DNA from: Isurus oxyrinchus
Lineage: Eukaryota
Direction of reading: 5' to 3'
DNA: 64,000 nt
Assembly: GCA_026770705.1 (NCBI GenBank)
Contig: JANJGN010000024.1
Location: 28,272,001 to 28,336,000 of the forward strand
The notes under the pieces were generated by a model that saw only the letters and a program-made list of their open reading frames with translations, ran no database searches and was not told the DNA's origin. Of this stretch, positions 51,248 to 63,784 are shown piece by piece (position 1 is the first letter of the stretch; each line of letters starts with the position of its first letter). The position numbers were made by a program, and so were the translations under genes.

Positions 51248-52572
51248 GGACTGAATTTTCATTCAAGGATCCTGCTCCTGAAACTGGGCTGAAATCCAAG
51301 TCAGGGACTCAAATATCAGTGGAAGAGATTTTCTATAAAATGGTCAATTAAGTGTCCACCACCTGGAGACCCATCCAATTCAAGGATGGGAATGGGCTCC
51401 CAAGGATGGAGGGCCAATAGGAGGCCTTCCAGCACTGAAGGATCAGCAGTCCCACCGTCAGAGGCAGGCACTGCTGGGGCAAAATTGTTAGCTTGGTGGG
51501 TGGGCGCGCGCCCGACCTGCTCGAGCGTAAACTGGCATGCGCTGGCATTGGGCGAGCATCCCGATGTCAATGTGCAGTCGCGCAATATCTTTGTTTGGCG
51601 GGCGTGCACCGGAGTCAGCAGCACACCCGCCGACAACTAAAAGGCCTGTTAAGGCCACTAGATTATCAATTAAGTTGGATTTTTCGCTGCCCATCTAACC
51701 TTACGGTTGGCGGGCAGGCGAAATGACCAAGCGGCCTTTGCACTTTTTAGCCAACCTCATCCACATCGGGGTGAGGTTTCCAAAAGTAAATAAAAATAAA
51801 ATTAAAATTTTAAAACTTAACTAATAGCATGCCCCTGCTCATGTGACACATGACACAGAGTCACATGAGTGGGGACCTGTTTAATTTTGTTTTATATATA
51901 ACTCTTCATCTCCCTGAGGCAGCTCTGTCACACTCACCCCGCTCGCACACCCCCCCCCCCACCCACACAGGCAGCGCTGAGCGCTGCTGCTCGCGTTTCA
52001 TGCTAGGCGAGCCTCAATTGGCCCGCCAGCATGAAATTGCAGTCCAGCCCCGATTGCGGGGGGCAGTTGGCTTCCCAATTGCTCCCACCGAGCCTGCCAG
52101 ACGTGGGTAAAATTCTGCCCATGAAGTAGTTAGGCTGCACCTCCATTCCTGGTCGCCAGCAACACAAGTGGGAAATAAAGGCCAAAAGCGACAGGGCTGT
52201 TGGCCAGCAGGGGGAAAGACCCCCGTTTCCCCTCCCACACACAGGAACGTGCACTGCTGTGGGCACCTTCCCCAGCAAATGGAACCTCCAACTCTGAAGG
52301 CTACCCAAGCTGCAGCTGGGAGGCTGCCACCCTTTCTCCAGATGGGGTCAGAAGAGTGTCCTTAAGGGGTTTAACACGCTACCTGTCACAGCCGGGCAGG
52401 TTATCAATCCCACCGTCATCCTGCCTTCTGCAGAATCCTGTCGAGGCGGGAACATGCTGTGGCGGTGTGCTGATGCGCTTTCCCTCCCGTTTTCATGTGC
52501 GCCCTCCCCCAACCCCCTCCACCCCCCGCCGGATTCCTCATCCACCCCCACGAGCTCTCGAAAATCCAGCCA
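51248..52572. mobile_element. Outer Harbinger-type MITE hosting a nested MITE
   Basis: ggactgaattttc / gaaaatccagcc ends. Confidence 0.6.
51477..52120. mobile_element. Nested Harbinger MITE, hairpin subfamily
   Basis: gggcaaaattgt / aaaattctgccc. Flanks ctg/atg. Internal hairpins. Confidence 0.8.
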
Positions 52573-54169
52573 AAATATTCAAAACATAAGCTAGCTTATC
52601 ATTATTTTGGAGGTCACCAATATCAAAGAGAAGCCCTTTCCAATAGCTTCTGTCACAACCAGCCACATAGCTAGGTTCATTTACATCAAACTCCACACTT
52701 GGGAACAACGCTTTATATTTCAACCATCTGATGTCAATGTCAAGCATTCATACATCACAAAGTTCTCTCAATTCTGTCCCAACAATGTGCATCAGTGCCA
52801 ATCTTAACAAACCATGGTGACACTTATTGCATTTTTGACACCAATAACACTTACACCTGTCTAAGTAATATTGCGAACTAATACAAGATTACTATCAGCT
52901 TTTTGCAACAAACTGGATTTAGATTAACCAAATTCATTTGAATTTGAGTTCAGATTCCGGATTTGAGGCCTATTTCTAATCACTGTGCCCTCATTCCCCT
53001 GTTCATCAACAGTTTTACATTGATCAAGCAAATGTTTGTTTCTTTTTAGCAAATTAAATTTGCTTCACAAGTTTCAACCCGCAGTTCTGAACAGAAGATC
53101 AAAGCCAGCATCCAGAACTATAAAAAGTTCAGTCCAATTGAACTTTCATTTAAATGGCAGAAGAAATGAGACATGTATCCCTAAAATTTTATAGCTATTC
53201 TTCTTGTAATTTTATATCTGTAATTTTGCCAGAGTCAGGAAATCAGGAAGAAACATAAGTATATGCCATTTCCCTACCATGACTGAATTATTAGAGCGTG
53301 GCAGTTTCAAACCAACTGTTGTCATATTTTCCAATTTCTAAAACGGTACATCAAAGAAGGTCCTGTCTCCCTTCAATGACGCCATCTCCGTTATACCAAT
53401 TTTTCTGAATGTAACTAGAGTTTGCAAAAGCTTGCCTGTTTACCCAGGGCAAGCAGTGCTGAAGTTAGGGGCATTTGATTGGGACTTAGATAAATGGGTT
53501 GAAGAATATGTCATTATCTGGGACACTGTGGGACTGCGTCAAAAGATTCCATGTGCTTCAGCACTGTAGCACTGCACATTATCATTATTCAATTAGGTTT
53601 AGCAGTATGCGCCTTTCACTGCTTTGAGCTATGAAGATAAATCAAAAAATGGGAAGAACAGGCTCTGTGATAACACATTAGACGCTCATAAACCTTGAGC
53701 TAGGAAATAACCAGTTGTAAAAGTCTAACTGACAATCTGTTGTAGCTTTCAAATTACGTACCTATCTCACACATTAAATAAAAGTATCTTCTATACATTT
53801 CTAATCATAGCCATTATGAAGAAACCTGATTGAGCTTTCAACCATATTCAAAACCTAAATTCTATTCTAACTGACTCCAAAAGATAGGAGTTTTCCTGTT
53901 CTTAAAACGTCATGGATTGGCAACTACTGGCTAGGCATACTTTCTTAATGGAATGAAAAGCAGAGATTATTTGTCCCTTTGAAATCTGTCTCAGGCAACA
54001 GGCATTTCCTACAAGGCAGAAATGAAGAATCCCAGGTTGCTCATGTGTATCTCCTGATGGTCTATTTCACCGCAATATTGGCTGAGGCAAGAGGTGTGGG
54101 GATTCATAGCCTTTCTGGAGCAAGGTGATGTACAATGCAGGAAAGAGATAAAATAATTTCAAAAGTTTC

Positions 54170-54900
54170 ATTCTAGGAACATGGGACTGAATTTTTGACA
54201 AAAAGAGCAGTAAGTTCCATTAAGTTCACCTTCTGTCATCCTTGTGGTGACTTCATACTCTAATGACACTGTTGATCCATCATATCAATCAATCTCTACC
54301 AATTGTCTACAACAGATCCAGATGTGATGTGAGAAAACCCCCCAATGGTGGAGAGGTTTGAAAACCACTGGTTTAAAGTCACCTGTTCTTTCCAAGCGTA
54401 CCACACTTACCATGTCACATCTCATATTGCTCACATTCTCTATAACAAAATTCTGTTTCCTTAAAGAAACATATCCAATTTGTAGTGGAATGAAATCAAT
54501 ACAAACTGCTTTTACATCTTGCTAATGAGCCTCTTCCATAGCTTGAACTTCACTGCAATACATTGTTTCTGCAGGTTAGTTTTGAATTTATTCTCTTTCA
54601 AGAACAGGCTGAGTCCTCTGGTTATATTATTCTGGACAAGGTGAAATACCTAGTTATGATCCACATAATCTAATTTGTTTACAATCCTAAAAACAGTAAT
54701 GAAATTGCCTCAAGCCTATTTACATAATCACTCCTCATAATCTAATCCCACCATTTCCGAAATCATTATGGTTACTGTTTTTTTTTTGTATCACCTTCTT
54801 GTATTGAGGAAACCTGAACTGTACTCAAAGTGTGCACATGCCAATGCTTTATAAGTGGCCAGATTACTTCACTATTTGGGCCCAATATTGACTTTTAACA
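54170..54900 (-). mobile_element. Very old CR1-like remnant
   Basis: Weak similarity (aaacctgaactgtactca = reverse of Y.VQ.W/S region; 3' stem-like sequence near 54200). Confidence 0.3.
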
Positions 54901-55302
54901 TAGTTCAATGTCTGATTTATTTGCTGTCACTAAGCATTAATGCAGTATCTTCTATTTATTGTCAAGAAGGACCGTCAGATGTTTTCATTTCCCAGCTACA
55001 TTACGTTCTTCCATTTGAGGAATAAACATCCTCGATATTATAAATGAGGTTGAAGGATACATAATACAATGCAAATGCAAAAGAGTGAAAACATATTTTG
55101 TGAGCATTTGAACATACAACCTAGGCGAACAACCCTGTGCAATAATGAGGAAGCAATGCACTATTGAACATGCCATTCTTTGAATTAAACCATGGATTCA
55201 TCTGCCTATTTTACCACCATTATAACATGCTAATTCTTGTTGCTGGATTGGATGTCTCTTATGAACTTTGGCTCTCATCCTGGCTTTATATTCCGGAACC
55301 TG

Positions 55303-55419
55303 GGGCGAAATTTTACGACAGCGGGATTTTACGTTCTTGCTAAAGCCAATGAGGTTTAGAATGTCTCACCGCATTTTACAGCCCCATCCCTGCCAAAACA
55401 GGGATGTAAAATTCTGCCC
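55303..55419. mobile_element. Mini-MITE (117 bp), TSD CTG
   Basis: ctg|gggcgaaatttt...aaaattctgccc|ctg. Confidence 0.9.
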
Positions 55420-55760
55420 CTGGACTCAGCTCCAAAGGTAAAGGACCAACTGCTTCTTGGCCTTCTGAGGGTGGGGAAGGGTCAGTTCAGGTGATTCTGA
55501 TAGACATTAAAGACTGCAGGGCATTACTTAAAAGAAGAACAGAAAGTTCTCCCACTGTCCGAGCCAGCATCCTTCTCAGTCACACCAAAGAAGATTAATC
55601 ATTTGGTCATCTCATTTATGTTGGTGCACAGAGCAGTCACTGTGCTGCAGAGTAGTCAATGTGAAGATTTTGAAACATATAATAGAGGTAGTATGTACCC
55701 GATAACTAAAAAACTTTCCGTCCAAGTAGAATGCAAATAAACAAAATAATAAAGCTGGAG

Positions 55761-56475
55761 GGGGAGAGTTTTCACGTTGGTGTGGGGGTGGGGGTGGGGA
55801 CACAGAGAGGGCCCGGCATGCCGACATGTAAAATGACACGTGGTGATGTCAGGCACGCGTCCTTCAGATCTTTTGTTCGGCGGGCGCGCACCAGAGGTGG
55901 CAGCACGACTGCCGAACTGTCTAAGGCCTGTTAAGGCCATTAAGAAGCCAATTAACGTAATTACCAACACTGTCCATCCAGCCTTAAGGTTGGACGGACA
56001 GGCAAAGAGCCTAAGCAGTCTTTGCGCTTCTCAGGAAATCTCATCCACGGGCGGGAATGAGGTTTCCTGAAGGTTTTATTAAAAAATGAATACTTATTTC
56101 ACATTTCATAAACATGTCCCAGCTCATGTGACAGTGTCACATGAGGGGACATGTGTAAATCATTTTTATGTTTGTTTATTGAAAAATCTCAATCTGTACT
56201 TATTCTCTGTGAGGCAGCTCCGTGCCTCGGAGATTTTTGCGCTTTTTCGCGTCCGTGCGTGAAAGAGCGCAGGCCCCGACTCTCCCTCTTCCACCACCCC
56301 CCCACCCCTCCCCCACCCACACAGGTAGTGCTGAACGCTACCGGCCTTTCGTCAAGCTGGGCGGGTCTTAATTGGCCTGCCCACGTAAAATGGCAGGGCG
56401 GAGCCAATCGCGGGCGGCAATCGGCTCTGCGCCCGCCCATGCCCACTCCTGACCGACAGGGAGAAAATTCTACCC
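55761..56475. mobile_element. Harbinger MITE, hairpin subfamily
   Basis: ggggagagtttt / aaaattctaccc. Flanks gag/aag. Hairpins at about 56034-56067 and 56112-56154. Confidence 0.85.
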
Positions 56476-56760
56476 AAGGATTTGTTGCAAGTAAGACGGT
56501 CAAGTTTCTTAAAGTTCATCGATATTCTTTAATCCAGTTCCCCTTCTCCAAGGCAATGTGCTTGGATAGAGCTTTGGGGCCACCACCAATATTTTTCAAA
56601 TATGAAATGTCAACAGGTAATGCAGCTAGGGGATAGGGACAGATAATCGTAGGCAAATTTCCCCTCATTTATTGTCCATAGGAAATGATACTGACCTAAA
56701 GGTTACAGAATAACAATCTAGCTATTTCTCCCCTTCTCAGGTGGTGTTAATATTTTCATA

Positions 56761-57416
56761 GGACAGAATTTTACGTCCCACGGGTGGGGCGCGCACCCGT
56801 CGCGATTGGGTGTAAAACTGCGCGAGATGGTGTCGGGCGAGCGTCCTGACGTCACTGGGCACTCGCGTGATATTCCGCACAGGAGGCATGTGCAAAAATC
56901 GGAAATGCCCCCACCGGCAATTAAGTGGGAAATTAAGCCCATTAACAGCGCAATTGCCTCCTATTTTTTTGTGGCCCCTCCAAGCTTACGGTTGGCGGAC
57001 GGGCAAATCAGCATGGCGGCCTTTACATTTTTCATCAATCCTCGTTCAAGGGCAGGACGAAATCTCCGTTATGAAGTGAAATAAAAATAAATATGTGGAC
57101 AGCATTTTTATGAGGTATATTTTCAGGCTTGATTGTGATGCATGGACATTTTTTTTTGCAGCTTTTAAGCCTTTATTTCATCATTTGAAGGTCTGCAGTT
57201 CCCTGAGTCTGCCTTTAGGGGGCTTACTCTCAGCGCTCACTCGTGCCCGCGGTGATGTCATTGCCCACCCTCTTCCCACCCCCACCCCGGCAGTTCTGAG
57301 TTTTTCAGCGCTAGCTGGCCATTAATTACTGGCCAGCCAGCATGAAATCAAGGGCCAATCCCGGCTGCTCTCGGACCCGCCGATCATGCATACCCGCCAA
57401 AGATAAAATTCAGGCC
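56761..57416. mobile_element. Harbinger MITE, TSD ATA
   Basis: ata|ggacagaatttt...aaaattcaggcc|ata. Confidence 0.85.
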
Positions 57417-57956
57417 ATAATGTCCGTGTGTCAACAAAAGTGGTGCAGTTTTGTGTGCCATATTAAAAGGATACCAATATGCTTATTTGACAGCCTATCA
57501 CAGCTCTGCAGCTGGTACTAAATAATATCACATGCAACACAAAAAAATATGAAAAGAATTTTAAAAAGCAACCAGTGTAAACAAAGTACACTTAAGTCCC
57601 ATTGTGAAAAGGGCAAGAAATAAGCATATCATGAATAGTAATGACCATTGATAAATCCCAACTGATAAATCAAACTGTTCTATGCTTAGAATTACTTCCA
57701 TGTCCCTGTTTCCTATACATCGAAATATATATAGACATTAACACTGAAAATAACTTAATGAATCACTTCTGGCTGAAGATCAATTTAAATTACAATGGTA
57801 TGATGACAAATTGGTCAGCTTATCAGTAGTACTGTTTCCTGCAATGTCCACTCCGTCATAACTAGCCCACAAGTTGTGAGAGAAGTAATTAGAACTGGAG
57901 CAAATGAAAACTGTGAGAACAATCAAATGGACCGACCCAAACTGAAGATATTATTA

Positions 57957-58095
57957 TAAAACAAAAAAACTGCGGATACTGGAAATCCAAAACAAAAACA
58001 GAATTACCTGGAAAAACTCAGCAGGTCTGGCAGCATCGGCAGAGAAGAAAAGAGTTGACGTTTCGAGTCCTCATGACCCTTCGACAGAACTTGCT
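57957..58095 (-). mobile_element. Solo Penelope-like terminal repeat with 10-bp TSD
   Basis: gatattatta at 57947-57956 and 58096-58105. Near-identical to 24455-24590. Confidence 0.8.
58053..58091 (-). ncRNA. Putative minimal hammerhead ribozyme (variant core)
   Basis: agtt-CTGTCGA-A-GGGTC-atgag-GACTC-GAAAC-GTC-aact, intact. Confidence 0.6.
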
Positions 58096-58364
58096 GATAT
58101 TATTACATCGTTCTGAAGTCTGATATGCCAATCTGAGAATGCAGAGATTATGAAGTAACAGTTGCTCAGTTTTTTTTTGTTTTTGATGGCAATCTGTCAA
58201 ATCTTTTGAGCAATGTTTCAACATTGGCTTGTTGAACATGACGCAATTAACATGAGTTGTCACAGGAATATCATTTTGGACGTTGAGAATGAATAGTAAA
58301 GGAAGAATATTCACACAGGCCCTTAGGTACTGACAACAAATGACCATACCAAAGGGCTTGCAAG

Positions 58365-58643
58365 TACCTCCTCCTCAAGGTACCGTGGACTTCCATCGGA
58401 TTGGTCCATGATTATGTTTGGCAAAGTACCTGCAGGTTTGCTATTGCCTTGTGCAGTGCAGCTGACCAGGAAACTCTTCCTGCCAGCAATCAGGCATAAT
58501 GGATGGATTTATAGGGTGATAATCGACTTGTTTGGCTACGTTATGAACAAACCTTCCATGGCCATCAAGTCCTACAGTGGGACTCAAACCCAGAGATTAT
58601 GGTCCAGAGGTAGGAACATTATGACTGTGCCACAACACCTCCC
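58365..58643 (-). mobile_element. tRNA-derived SINE
   Basis: Minus-strand head ggaggtgttgtggcacagt...gggtttgagtcccac with A- and B-box-like motifs. Confidence 0.55.
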
Positions 58644-60587
58644 CTTGCCAACACAGAGTTGCCAAATTGTGTAGTATAAAAGCAGCCCAATTTTCTCTCA
58701 ATAAGTTCTTAGGCTGAGCTGTTCCATAAAAACAATGAAAGCAATGGAATTTTATACAAACATGTCTCCCTGCCTATTCTGTAGTTACCAGGAGTTTCAG
58801 GGTAAAGGAAACAAACAAGAAATCATGAGATTACTTGGATGCATAGCCAGCATCATCCATATTTAAGATGAGAGGTGACATGTTTATCTAGGTATGAAAA
58901 GTACCTGATAACTAGATCTCTTATTCCCTCGCCATGGTTATTGGCATCTTTCAAGTGCAACATTCTTCACTTAGCTTTGTTTATGGCTGACTACACAATC
59001 GCCAGTACTTGAGTCAAGTCCAGACAGATCATCAAGTCCAAAAGATACTGAACAAACCCCACACTAAGAATAGAATGCAGGTCACTTGGATTTGAGCTTT
59101 CAGTTAATGTTTTTGCAGCAACCGTGCACTTTTCTTGTGAACAGACATTAAAGACATTAGTCTTGAGCACTTTCCTCTGTTCTGGCAATGGTTCAGTAAG
59201 TGAACCTTTCTGTGTTTTTCAAAAGATAATTGGGTATTGTATAATTCCTTTGCTTTCATTTCAGTTTCCAATGTTTACAATTTTCAATGATAAGGGACTG
59301 CCCAGCCTCCAGAACTAACCTGGTGGGTGGGATTGGATATCAGGCAGCAGAAGGCTGCTGCCAAAGATCTGAAGGAATGGTGTCTGGCACTCTCAGGCAT
59401 AGTTGAAAGGGATTCTGGAGAGTATCATGGTTCAGGGTAAGAGAGGCCTAATTTTTTTCCTTTTGTTAGTTTTCCTGGCCATCCAAATAAAGTAAGAAAA
59501 AAATGTCCTCTTCTGACCTCATTAAGTTAGTCAAGTTAATTTAATGTTGCATATGCTCTTTACAAACACAGAAAATAAAACAGACCAAGAAAAATTAAAG
59601 GCGGGGGACCTGAGCTCTCCACAGTCAAAAATAGAGAAAAATCTGTTTGAGAAATTTGCAAGGATGTCACCATTCTGCAAGATAAATTATAAGGAAGTTG
59701 CTTCTTTAGACTTATAGAAAGTAGCTCCAGTGATCAATAAATTACCACCATCTATAGGATAGACATCACGACCCATTACTAGGTCTAACAGCCATAATGG
59801 CTTCCTTGTGCAGTTCTCATTTTAAAATGGCAGTCAGGCACCAATGTCATCATCGGAACTTGATCTGCATATTTAAATGACCTCACTGGTCGGTGGTGGG
59901 TGTCCACTCACCTACTCATCATTTGAACAGTATCTGCCTGGTTTCCACCAGGTGGAGCTAAAATCGACCCTACTGTCTGTTACCCAAAGATAATCAACAA
60001 CCCCCCGCCCCCTCACCCCCCAATTTTCGTCTCAGATATATCCCCCACTGACAAAGGTCAGTGCAAATACTACTCTATTATGTTGTACTTTTGTGCTTAA
60101 CTACAGCTGCTTGCTGAAATATTTTCAGTTATACAAGCAAAGGAATGAAAATTGGAATGAGAGACTCTTAATGATAGAATGTGTTAGCTGGACAAATAGC
60201 TTTTTTTCCCTTTTCACCCCATTGACTTGCATCATGCAATTACTGGAAACACTGACTCACAACAATCATAAGAGAAGTTTCATTCCATTTAATGTCAACC
60301 TCCCACATACATCATTTCATTCTTCTTTTATTAGCTGATCAACGCATTCTCTGAATCCAATCACATTCACCATTGCACTGGTATAATATTTTCCTGTCAA
60401 AAATCCTCATTCATTACAGGATGTCTCTGCCAGCTGTTATAGCATTGATGAAGAGGTTTGCAGAGTTCACAAACACAGTAAAGGAGATAGGGCATCTCAT
60501 AAAAAATGTCTTGCATTCTGTAAGTATCTCTAATAAACAGTTGCTTGGTAGGACATGATTCGAATATTGCTGGAAAGAGAGACGTGT

Positions 60588-60621
60588 TGTCGAAGCTTTT
60601 CATCTTGCGCTCATCAGAACA
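60588..60621 (-). ncRNA. Decayed minimal hammerhead-like motif of a second family
   Basis: tgtt-CTGATGA-gcgcaagat-GAAA-AGCT-TC-gaca. Canonical core, palindromic helix III, weak helix II. Confidence 0.45.
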
Positions 60622-61944
60622 GATGCAAGAATGGCAAATTGCAGATAATCACCAATAATGTATTCCCAACATGCACCTCCCATGTGGAGGTTAGGGGAAA
60701 AAAAACGAAATATCAGGAGGGCATTCACAAGATTACCACATACACCAGCTCATGGCCAATTGTGCAGGAGCATTGGCAGATGCCTGGCAACAGATCACCT
60801 GCTTGATGCCTTCAGATGGAAATGGGCAGAAAACAGCATGAAATAAACACACGCTGGAAAAGGTAAATGCTCCATCAGGAAAAACAGTACAGAAGGGCAA
60901 AGGGAAGAGTGTTGTATTTAATCTATTTAATTTGTACTTATTTGGTAATTTATGCAGATGTGTTTGCAATGTTACAACACTAAGGAGGAAAGCTGCCTAA
61001 CATTTTTAAACTATACATTACACTCATCTTTCAGGTTATTTATGTTGTGTACCTCCTTTATAAATACAGAAAGTAAAACAGGCCAATAAAAATAAAAAAG
61101 AGGTAGAACAGCTCAGCTCTCTATAGCCAATCATGCTGAGCTTTAAAACCTGCTTGAGAAATTGCCAAGAATGTCATCTAATCGGTACAGCTCAAAATGA
61201 ATGTCTGCAAATGATTGTAATATTCATTGATTGTATTGACGTACCTCGTGATACATGTTGTAAAAATTGAACCTGATTGTACTTTTGTGACGGTGATTTT
61301 GAAATGGTTTGGAATGTTCTTCCAGATATTTTATGAATAAAGTATATTTTTCAAAAAAAAAAGATAAATTACAAGGGAGTTGTTTAGACCTATAGAAAGG
61401 GGATCCAGTAATTAATAAGTTATCAGCACCTCCAGTTCAAATACAGTGGGCCATTAACAGGCGGCAGAATCCAGTTTACTGATTGGCTTTGTGAATTAAT
61501 TCCACAATGGAAGAGGTTTCTTCATATATAAAACAAGGCAGTAAAATTCTGCAATGTCCATGGTACAAGCTTCAGGATATTATGACATTACCTCCGATGC
61601 CAACACATTTTCTAATAGTGAAATTGGCAGGCAAAGGTGATCACATGCGTACTAATTCCTTGTTTGCCACAGCATGAAGGGTGCCAACCAAGTCCATATT
61701 AACTCCGAGCTAGAAACAATTTAAAAAAAAACACAAGAAAAGCCTTCACTGTCAGTGGTCATGTTCTCTTTTTTTGCAGTTTGACAATTTTTGAGTATCT
61801 AATAAAACTGAAAGAAAACTAAACTCAAAGCATCATGGAATCTCCCACATGCAAACAAAGAGAAGCCAAGAGATGAAACACCATTATAGACCCTTTGGGT
61901 TTTCAGAGGAATTCAGTTAACCTTACGTCAGAACAGGAAACTTG

Positions 61945-62061
61945 GGCCGGAATTTTATGGCCCCGTTGCAGTGGGGATGAGGCTGTAAAATGCAGCGAGC
62001 CATTCTAAACACCATTGACTTCAGCGGAAATGTAAATCCCCACTGTCGTAAACTTACGCCC
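61945..62061. mobile_element. Mini-MITE (117 bp, reverse orientation), TSD TTG
   Basis: ttg|ggccggaatttt...aaacttacgccc|ttg. Confidence 0.85.
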
Positions 62062-62388
62062 TTGGATTCAGCATCACAGCTCACTTCCATTAAAAAAAAC
62101 CTACACTGTATTTTACCATTACATATCTGTTGCATTGGATACACCACAGGCCCTCATGCAATTTCTTGGACTTCAGTAGAATAAATAGTGCATTAAATGG
62201 CTTAGGATATAAACTACTAGTCATATTTATTGAACGTTAACAACAGCAACTTGTAGTTACATACCACGTTTAAATTAGAAAAGAAAACCAAGTTGCTTCA
62301 CTACGGATGCCAAGCCAAAGGAGTAAGTAAAAGCTTGATGGAAGAGGTGAGGTTTTGAGGTGTGTCTTTAAGAGAGTGTTTAAGAGAG

Positions 62389-62808
62389 CAGCGCTTCCCA
62401 AACTTTTCCCTGATATGACCCTGTATGTTAACGCCTTAGACTTCATATGGCCCCAGAGTGAAAATAGGGGGGAGGGAAGAAGTTATTGAGTTGGGTACGG
62501 GGAGTAGCTAAGTGGCGGGGGAAGAGAGTTGTTGAGTGGGGTACGGGGTGGTGAGTTTGATTGGGGGGGTGGGGGAGGTTCCAGGTTTACCCTAAAAAAG
62601 GCGAAGACCCACCATGATCCACCATTTTTTTGTACAGCAATCGGGCCTCAGAGAACTGATGATTATGCCACTAGCAGAAAAAAAACATTTAAAGGAGACT
62701 CGCAGCTATCAGAACTCAGTCCGAGCTACACAGCCGCTATTGCTGCCTCGGAGTTTGTAACCCCAAAATCTCGTCCCACGATCCCCATCCACAGTTAAGG
62801 AACCCCTG
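62389..62808. mobile_element. hAT/Charlie-like non-autonomous element within an L2-like remnant
   Basis: cagcgcttcccaaact...agttaaggaacccctg termini. Right flank ctgtagag resembles the Charlie target. Confidence 0.55.
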
Positions 62809-63784
62809 CTGTAGAGTGTGTGTCAGGCAGCTGAAACCTCATTATCAAGAGTTGGGCAAAGTAGAGAGTAGGTGAAATGAAAAGTTTATTGCATGAAATG
62901 AACAAATAAATGAATAGTTTAAAAAAGCATTACATGCAACTAGTAGCAATTGCAGGCTTTCCTAATCTCTGTGAAATATTTAAAACAATGGCACTCCTCT
63001 CGAGCTAACACTAACCAAAAAGCCGATTCCTGAACATAGTCACTTAATTTTCAAGTATAACTTGTTACTGTTAAATTTCTGCCCTGCCCTATCATTGTAA
63101 GGTTCAGAATAACGAATCAGTGAAGATTTCTAAATGTAAAACACAACTGATACCTTCTGCTATAGAGATGTCCCTCAAATGGGCTACCAAAACTAAACGC
63201 CCTGCTCTTTTACGGAGCTGAATTGAGGCTTTTGTAAACTTTTGGAACAAAGGGAATCAAAGTTTGGTGCTCAAATACTGCTGTCATGTGTACTTACAGC
63301 TGGATTCCAATACATCCCACAGCCTGTCAACCTAGGTATCAAGCTGACCAATAAAATATCTAGCCAGATAGGTGCCAAGAAATGCTTCTTAGGATCCCCA
63401 AAGTAGGTTGTTGAATGGGCAACTGTAATGTGCATCTGTGCAGTCTGAAGAACCAGCTAGCAGCAGCTGACACTAAAGCAGCATCCAAGCTCTGACAATA
63501 GTTTGAAATACACAGATTTGCTTACAATGAGAGTGTAACAGAAATTCCCTATGCATGACTCCATATCCGTACTGCAGGCAACAATACATTGGAAAGGTTT
63601 AGATTCCAGTTCCAAACACAAGTTTAAAGGAAATGCAAATTTACAAGCAATGTTAACATTTTTTGAGTAGCTCCCCCAAAAGAAACACATTTAGAGTGAT
63701 GTCAGCATTAATTCAATGATTGTGGCTTTGTTTAGTTCTGACAACTGTCAATGCAAAACACTCAGTCATTGACAATTTTTTAAA

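Noticed and set aside
59119-59195. Possible plus-strand exon ttttgcag...tca|gtaagt
   Set aside because: Peptide not recognisable and isolated. It needs RNA-seq or homology support
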